A stretch of DNA of 32,000 nt from a virus. The position numbers and the translations under genes are program-made. This document shows, piece after piece, positions 26,812 to 32,000 of this stretch; within the stretch, counting starts at the first letter, position 1; each line of letters opens with the position of its first letter. Location of the stretch: positions 60,001 to 92,000 of the IMG/VR virus record IMGVR_UViG_3300035670_013237; one strand, given 5' to 3'. Below the pieces are notes generated by a model. The model did no database searches. It was given only the letters and a program-made list of their open reading frames with translations, and was not told the origin of the DNA.

Positions 26812-29301
26812 TTAAGCAAGACGAGCGTAGGTAAAGTACCTGCAAATTGGCGTGGGCACTGGGCCTGCTGAAAAGTCTGCGCCCGTGAATCCACCGCCCA
26901 GCGTAACGACTGAGTTATAAATCCCCAGAGCCCTGACAGTGTTATTGACTCCTGGACGCCAGAATGTCAGGGCGCCACCGTCACGTGCGAACGATGCGAT
27001 GCCACCGCGGATGAACGGTCCTGAGGCATTAAACGCCCCGCCCGCAAAGACATCTCTTACATTTAGATCCAAAGAATGAACGGAGTTATTCAAGAGTGGT
27101 GCCCAGCCTACAAGCGCAGAATCGCTTCCGTACTCAACTGCACCGATGTAGTTTCTGGTCACCCCGCCCAGGGTCCCAAAGTCCCCACCAGCGTACACAA
27201 TATTATTGTCAGTATCAATAGCGAGTGCGCGGACTGTGTTATCTGCCCCTGGATTCCAAGAAGAAACATTTCCAGTGGACAATGATATTGCCGCGATGTT
27301 ACTTCGCGACTGTCCATCCACTGTTGAAAAATCACCTCCCACGATAGCATATGTTCCTCCGCTAGCGAGAACCCCGATACTCAACACACTTCCTGGAGAG
27401 CTAGGATTAACACTGGGCGCCCAAGATGATAAAGTCAGCGTCGGAGCGTCTATAATTGCTAATTTGTCGCGGGGCTGTCCCATGAATGTGGAAAACGCAC
27501 CTCCCACAATCAAGACATTAGAAGTTGAACTTCGCCTTTTTATTGCTGTAACAATGTTGTCTGCGTCCAAATTATTGGGTAAATCATTACTTGAAGGTAT
27601 ATCAACAGCACAGAAGTTTTGGTGGGCCGTACCGCCGATCTGTGTGAAGCTCCCACCGACGAAAAGAATGTCAGAGACTCTGGCGAGCGCAAAAACTGTG
27701 GAATCAGCGTTGCATATCCAACTTATGTCGAGGGTTCCGTCTGCGTTTATGTGTGCCAATCGCTGGCGTGTGTATTGCTGACCATTTCCATAGAAACTGC
27801 CCCCAATTACAAATTGATCGCCATCATAGAACGCAGATGCCCTGACAACATCATTCGTTTTTTTGGTATGGTTCATGGGTGTGTCCAGAGGTGTGTCGCT
27901 TGTCGTCGTGGTGACTGCGAGATTTTTTACGCTCTGCCCGCCGACGTCGTCGAACAACCCTCCGATCACGACATATCCACCATCTGAGGTCGCAAGAGTG
28001 TGAACAGACCCATTTGTGTTCGGGTCCCATGCTGTCAGAGCAAAAGACGGCAAATTAAATTGTGCAACATGATTTCGCGCTGTGCCGTCCATGTCGGTGA
28101 AGTCTCCGCCCACATGAAGATAATTGTCAGCTGAGATTGCGAGCGCTCTAACGACTCCATCTGGATTTTGTACCCATGTCAAATTTGCAGTCGACGTGGC
28201 GGGTTGCGGGCCGATCAGCGCGAGACGGTCAAGGGCATCTGCGCCAACTTGTGTAAAGTCACCCCCAACGATGACAGATGATAGATACGTAGCAACTGCA
28301 TACGCGGGCCCGTTCAGGTTGGGATCCCAGCTCGATGCGCTGTTACTATTGTTTGCGACGGACCCCAGATAATTGCGTGTCTCACCCCCGAGGCTCGTAA
28401 AGTCTCCACCAGCAATTACCCATGTGTTGTCCAGAGCGAGGCACCGTACCGTATCGTTTGCGCCGGGATTCCATGTCGTTGCGCTGTTACTATCCAGGGG
28501 AATTGCTGCTAAGTTCTGCCTGCTCTTCCCACCAATGACGTTGAAGTTTCCCCCAACGATGACTGTGGGGTCGCCTGAAGTGTCAAGGACGAGACTGTAG
28601 ACGGTTCCATTTACCTGTGGATCCCAGTCTGAGACTGTTCCGTCGCTCATGACACGAGCAAGACCACGACGAATTTCGCCCCTGCACATGGTAAAGTTTC
28701 CGCCAATGATGTATCCCCCATCTCCATCAGGGATGGCCGCGAAGACAGTCCCATCAGTAAAGTTCCCGACGAGGACGTCAACGTTTGATCCCCCAATAAT
28801 TATAGAAGTCGCCGATGTACCGAGTACATCCTCTGCATCAGTAATGCTCGTGAAAGTGCCTCCAATGAAGTATCCTCCACTTCCGTCAGGCTCCATTGCA
28901 TAGATGTCACCGTCGAGGGCGATGGGTACCCCGAGGGAGGGCAGGGCGCTATTCACCACAGCGTCGACAATGTCCTGGGACGATGCTTCGCCATAGAGCC
29001 TCTGCACTTCCACTCCTCTCCTGTATAGGACTGTCGTGGGTAGACTACCGACCGAAGCAATCCCCGCGGCAGTTGCAGCGACATCGGTATCAGCATACAA
29101 GAAATCGACATCAGTGCCATCTGCATTGATGATCTCTTCAGCGACCGTGAATTCTTCATGGGTCGCATCCGTTCTCTCCTGCGGGACAGTTGGGGTTTCA
29201 CCTATGTCGGCCAGAGAGCCAAAGAGGACGATCGTCGGGCGGGTGGTGTTGAGCTGGACGTCTGTGATCCAGTCATTATCGTTCGTGTTGTTGACTGCCA
29301 T
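26812..29301 (-). CDS. large repeat protein: degenerate thioredoxin-fold N-domain plus ~15 beta-propeller (delta-60/DUF5122-like) repeats
   Basis: About 15 repeats of [IV]-x-G-G-x-F-[TS]...G..R.[NH].[LI]A......W.P..N..V.[AS]L at roughly 45-50 aa spacing. Residues ~20-115 align with the adjacent thioredoxin but lack CxxC. Confidence 0.8.
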   Translation of the reverse strand: MAVNNTNDNDWITDVQLNTTRPTIVLFGSLADIGETPTVPQERTDATHEEFTVAEEIINADGTDVDFLYADTDVAATAAGIASVGSLPTTVLYRRGVEVQRLYGEASSQDIVDAVVNSALPSLGVPIALDGDIYAMEPDGSGGYFIGGTFTSITDAEDVLGTSATSIIIGGSNVDVLVGNFTDGTVFAAIPDGDGGYIIGGNFTMCRGEIRRGLARVMSDGTVSDWDPQVNGTVYSLVLDTSGDPTVIVGGNFNVIGGKSRQNLAAIPLDSNSATTWNPGANDTVRCLALDNTWVIAGGDFTSLGGETRNYLGSVANNSNSASSWDPNLNGPAYAVATYLSSVIVGGDFTQVGADALDRLALIGPQPATSTANLTWVQNPDGVVRALAISADNYLHVGGDFTDMDGTARNHVAQFNLPSFALTAWDPNTNGSVHTLATSDGGYVVIGGLFDDVGGQSVKNLAVTTTTSDTPLDTPMNHTKKTNDVVRASAFYDGDQFVIGGSFYGNGQQYTRQRLAHINADGTLDISWICNADSTVFALARVSDILFVGGSFTQIGGTAHQNFCAVDIPSSNDLPNNLDADNIVTAIKRRSSTSNVLIVGGAFSTFMGQPRDKLAIIDAPTLTLSSWAPSVNPSSPGSVLSIGVLASGGTYAIVGGDFSTVDGQSRSNIAAISLSTGNVSSWNPGADNTVRALAIDTDNNIVYAGGDFGTLGGVTRNYIGAVEYGSDSALVGWAPLLNNSVHSLDLNVRDVFAGGAFNASGPFIRGGIASFARDGGALTFWRPGVNNTVRALGIYNSVVTLGGGFTGADFSAGPVPTPICRYFTYARLA

Positions 29302-29330
29302 GCCGAATACGTATAGGCGGCAGGACCTGA

Positions 29331-29663
29331 TCAGCCCAGCAATTCATTGTAGACAGCTTCAACCTGTGCCCTGGGCAGCGCCCCCAAGAGCCGCTTCACC
29401 TCAGCACCACCCTTATAGCAAACATGGGTCGGAACTGAACGAACTTTGGCGTTGGAAGTTGCCTCGGGTGCCTCATCAATGTCGACGTGAAAAGATGCGA
29501 CCCTGCCGTTGAACTGCGCGGCGACAGCCTCATGGGTCGGCTGGAAAGCTCGGCAGGGCGGGCACCATACGGCGCCGTATGTGACCCACACCGGAATGGG
29601 CGACTCGAGGACCTGCTTCTCAAAACGGACATCATTGACTTCCACGACATGCTCTGTGCTCAT
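29331..29663 (-). CDS. trx: thioredoxin
   Basis: VTYGAVWCPPCRAF active site and the SVPTHVCYKGG cis-Pro loop; ATG 29663 preferred over TTG 29672. Confidence 0.85.
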   Translation of the reverse strand: MSTEHVVEVNDVRFEKQVLESPIPVWVTYGAVWCPPCRAFQPTHEAVAAQFNGRVASFHVDIDEAPEATSNAKVRSVPTHVCYKGGAEVKRLLGALPRAQVEAVYNELLG

Positions 29664-29700
29664 ATGGAGCAATTGTAAACACGTTCTGCCGTCGGTGAAA

Positions 29701-29865
29701 TTATTTTTTCCTGCTCTCCAGCCCTTCCTCAGGCTTGGATCTCCATGGGCAGTGTCGACAGTTTCGGCTGCAGCACCAGCCCCGCTTCAAGTGAAAAGCC
29801 TCGGTAAAAACGTACCGTGTGCCCTCGAGATAGAAGTCGACGCCCTCAACCAGATCTTTTTTCAT
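29701..29865 (-). CDS. 54-aa Cys-rich protein (CC-x4-C-x2-C-P-W; DUF5522-like), missing from the ORF track
   Basis: Hand translation: MKKDLVEGVDFYLEGTRYVFTEAFHLKRGWCCSRNCRHCPWRSKPEEGLESRKK. The ATG lies 4 nt after the upstream stop and the ORF fills an otherwise empty 197-nt gap. Confidence 0.55.
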   Translation of the reverse strand: MKKDLVEGVDFYLEGTRYVFTEAFHLKRGWCCSRNCRHCPWRSKPEEGLESRKK

Positions 29866-29869
29866 TGGA

Positions 29870-30094
29870 TTACTTAATCCGCAAGAATAGAGCGTCCCAC
29901 CTGCATGTTGTTTCCCATGTTTTAAATTCGTTCAGCCAATGCAGGGCAAACTTTCTCTCGCCGGGGAGGGCGACCTTTGACACTAAAATGCGAATGCCCC
30001 TGCCTGAGACAATCATATCACCGGGCTGGAGCAGGTCCGCTAAAACGTAATCGCTGAGTTGCATTTGGGATGTACTGTGCTTCCTGTATGTCAT
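29870..30094 (-). CDS. small protein of the PGD/SH3-like paralog family
   Basis: LLQPGDMIVSGRGIRILVSKV...FALHWLN; ATGA overlap with the upstream gene. Confidence 0.55.
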   Translation of the reverse strand: MTYRKHSTSQMQLSDYVLADLLQPGDMIVSGRGIRILVSKVALPGERKFALHWLNEFKTWETTCRWDALFLRIK

Positions 30095-30297
30095 TCTGTG
30101 ATGATGTCGAGCTCAGAGTTTGTTGGATACAGGCTCGTGTGTAATTTTAGTGTGCGACAATTAAGCCAGAAGAGCCTGACTGCGCCACTGGGCAAGTCAC
30201 GCTTTACCACTCCAATTAAAAAGTGAAAAATGCCTGACTGCTCTTGGAGCCAGATATCTCCAATCTTTAGTTCACTGACTGGTACTCGGACTTTCAC
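30091..30297 (-). CDS. small protein of the PGD/SH3-like paralog family
   Basis: LKIGDIWLQEQSGIFHFLIGVV...VRLFWLN. Confidence 0.55.
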   Translation of the reverse strand: MKVRVPVSELKIGDIWLQEQSGIFHFLIGVVKRDLPSGAVRLFWLNCRTLKLHTSLYPTNSELDIITE

Positions 30298-30314
30298 ATT
30301 GTTGTTCCACTAAT

Positions 30315-30590
30315 TCAATGCAACCTTCCACTCGAGTGTATAGTGCGCTCGCCGAATTGTGCAACGTGATCGATGTGTAATGTGTGCACCTGTCCGCCCG
30401 CTAGCGCTGTGACGATGGACACATCACCCCAAATGCTCGATGGCTTCTTCTCAAGGACCAACATGTCCTTGAAGTCAAGTCCCCACGCCCACAGCAAGTA
30501 CTCTGGAACTCCACTTGAGGTCTCTTCGTAGGGTTCCAGGTCAGGTATCGAGACCCAAGTTCCCGGTGTCAGGCTGTCTATCGTCATCAT
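30315..30590 (-). CDS. small protein of the PGD/SH3-like paralog family
   Basis: ATG 30590 gives MMTIDSLTPGTWVSIPD...; overlaps the methyltransferase 3' end by about 50 nt. The longer 30731 start would lie deep inside the MTase gene. Confidence 0.45.
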   Translation of the reverse strand: MMTIDSLTPGTWVSIPDLEPYEETSSGVPEYLLWAWGLDFKDMLVLEKKPSSIWGDVSIVTALAGGQVHTLHIDHVAQFGERTIHSSGRLH

Positions 30591-31680
30591 GCGTTGATTC
30601 ACCCTTCTTATCATCAAAGTACACTGTAGAGCTGCAACTTTGCACGCTCGCTGCCTCTGCTTCTGCAAGCTCAAGGCACTTCCAAAAGAGACCTGCCACC
30701 ATGCTGCGGCTGTATATCTTCTGAGTGGCACCCATGTAATTGCTCAAAAAGAGCCCGTGGTATTGTTGTCGAAATTTCTGCATTTTTTCGTTGAATAGCT
30801 CGACTACCCTTTCCTGCAGAGGAGGGGGCAGGTCCACGTCTAATACCATCTGGTACGTGGTGAAAGTCGTGTCACGGCACACGATGGGGTCCCCCTTGTT
30901 GATCGACAGGCCCTGCGGGGCACGCCCCGCGTCCAGGAGTCCCACGACAATGTTCGTCAAGAAGCCGCTCTCCTTGCCCGTCCACTTGCCGATGGGCCGC
31001 TCAGGACCCTTGATGAAATCGAAGAAGTCCTTGCCGTGGAGCCAGTCGTACTTTCGCTCGAGGTGGAGCTCAACGTAGCGAACATCAGAGCTCGAATAGT
31101 GGATCCTGCACGGGAAGCGTCGCTCTCCTGTGTCGCTGTCACGTCTGAAGGCAAAGATGGTGATGCCTGTCGTCGTGTTAGGGAAGACCTGGTAATAATA
31201 GTAATCGCACTGGGTGATTGTGTACCGTGAGAAGAAGAGCTCCCGGGCCTTAGGGCGACTCTCGGACAAGAAGTTGGTGGGAAGGATGATGACACCCTCA
31301 TCAAGGTCGTCAGCGAAGGACGCAATATGACACTTATAGAGATCGCTTTGTCCCCACATTGCATATGCACCCTTATCCTTATTCTTATTGGACGCGAGAT
31401 ACGGTGGATTGGTGAGGAGGAACTTTCCGGTAAAAGCGGGTGGATTCAGGATCGAGTCCCTCGCGGACACTGCGGGCTGTCGGGGCTCGAGATCATATCC
31501 TTCAACACTTCGGGCGCCATACGCCACCGCGAAGTGAAGCAGATCGCAGTCACCCGCGAACGGATCGATCACATCCTTGTCACGGAGGAGGTGGGTGTAT
31601 AGTCCCAGCAGGTCTTCGGCATTCGTCGTAAAAAATTGTCCGTGCTTCTGCTCGTGCGTCTGGCGCGTGTGCTTCTTCAT
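30541..31680 (-). CDS. N6-adenine DNA methyltransferase (gamma-class motif order)
   Basis: GQFFT (motif X), VIDPFAGDCDLL (motif I) and LLTNPPYL (motif IV, NPPY), followed by a ~250-aa putative target-recognition region. Confidence 0.8.
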   Translation of the reverse strand: MKKHTRQTHEQKHGQFFTTNAEDLLGLYTHLLRDKDVIDPFAGDCDLLHFAVAYGARSVEGYDLEPRQPAVSARDSILNPPAFTGKFLLTNPPYLASNKNKDKGAYAMWGQSDLYKCHIASFADDLDEGVIILPTNFLSESRPKARELFFSRYTITQCDYYYYQVFPNTTTGITIFAFRRDSDTGERRFPCRIHYSSSDVRYVELHLERKYDWLHGKDFFDFIKGPERPIGKWTGKESGFLTNIVVGLLDAGRAPQGLSINKGDPIVCRDTTFTTYQMVLDVDLPPPLQERVVELFNEKMQKFRQQYHGLFLSNYMGATQKIYSRSMVAGLFWKCLELAEAEAASVQSCSSTVYFDDKKGESTHDDDRQPDTGNLGLDT

Positions 31681-31739
31681 GTTCTTTTAATAACAACTAT
31701 CTGTGGTTTGGATTCTAAATTGTGCGGAGAATGACAATA

Positions 31740-31952
31740 TCATTCCACGCTCTGGTGTATGACAAAATCTTTATTGTCATCAAGGACGCCTACATAAAGC
31801 ATTCTATTTCGGCTGGGTCCCCAAAAATGAATGAGGTCGCCTGTCTCAAGACACTCTATTCTAATAATCATACCCGTGGCCAGGTGATCCCGGGCCAGTC
31901 GACCAGAAAAATCGCTGATCAGATAGACGCTGATGAGATCACCTACTTTCAT
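31740..31952 (-). CDS. small protein of the PGD/SH3-like paralog family
   Basis: MKVGDLISVYLISD...GMIIRIECLETGDLIHFWG. Confidence 0.5.
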   Translation of the reverse strand: MKVGDLISVYLISDFSGRLARDHLATGMIIRIECLETGDLIHFWGPSRNRMLYVGVLDDNKDFVIHQSVE

Positions 31953-32000
31953 TCAATTCTTTCCATGAAGGCTTTATAAATTCCGTTTTTTACACCACAA

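Noticed and set aside
27206-27781. Several plus-strand ORFs (27206-27781, 27619-27987, 28124-28903, 29036-29512) opposite the 829-aa repeat gene
   Set aside because: They mirror the periodic repeat structure of the minus-strand gene. Each recurs with the same SPPT-like antisense translation of GGxF, and none has start signals.
30541-31680. Restriction-modification system
   Set aside because: Only the methyltransferase is recognisable. The flanking ORFs are 60-90-aa miniproteins without nuclease motifs.
1-32000. CRISPR arrays, tRNA/rRNA genes, integrase/transposase, inverted terminal repeats
   Set aside because: No regularly spaced direct repeats, no tRNA-like T-loop/acceptor patterns in the few intergenic gaps, and no recombinase motifs in any ORF. 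None can be supported.

Overview
This window is very densely coded, with roughly 70 ORFs, many joined by ATGA/TAATG/GTGA stop-start overlaps. No rRNA, tRNA, CRISPR array, integrase or transposase was recognisable. Internal genes carry bacterial-type Shine-Dalgarno sites, and sigma70-like promoters and two intrinsic terminators are visible. Together with many tiny ORFs and auxiliary genes, this reads as a large (jumbo-type) bacteriophage or prophage-like viral region. Host and taxon cannot be determined from the sequence alone.

Products I can recognise:
- Stress and redox: Fe/Mn SOD-like protein (5' truncated), thioredoxin (WCPPC), NUDIX hydrolase.
- DNA repair: minimal family-X polymerase, FEN/5'-3' exonuclease, MBD4-like HhH-GPD glycosylase, Fpg/Nei glycosylase, UV-damage endonuclease UvdE.
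- Metabolic: carbon-nitrogen hydrolase (nitrilase superfamily), PCD/DCoH-like protein.
- Translation and folding: IF-1 (infA) homolog, GroEL chaperonin.
- Signalling: PAS histidine kinase plus a stand-alone receiver.
- Other: GapR/DUF2312-like protein, gamma-class N6-adenine DNA methyltransferase, an 829-aa Trx-like/beta-propeller repeat protein, and a 521-aa beta-rich probable structural protein.

Most unusual observations:
1. Eight otherwise dissimilar ORFs share an N-terminal leader M-[KR]-I-T-x3-L-R-x-[IV]-[IV]-[KR]-E-E-[IV].
2. At least 13 small paralogs (60-110 aa) with an N-terminal [PVI]-G-[DE]-hydrophobic motif sit in five clusters.
3. A translationally coupled three-gene module encodes a PAS kinase, a CheY-like receiver and a coiled-coil two-TM protein.
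4. A recurring promoter architecture places the -10 hexamer 6-8 nt from the ATG, implying leaderless mRNAs, in a genome that also encodes its own IF-1.
5. A base-excision/UV repair toolkit is present.

All functional calls rest on motif recognition by eye. No database search was possible.
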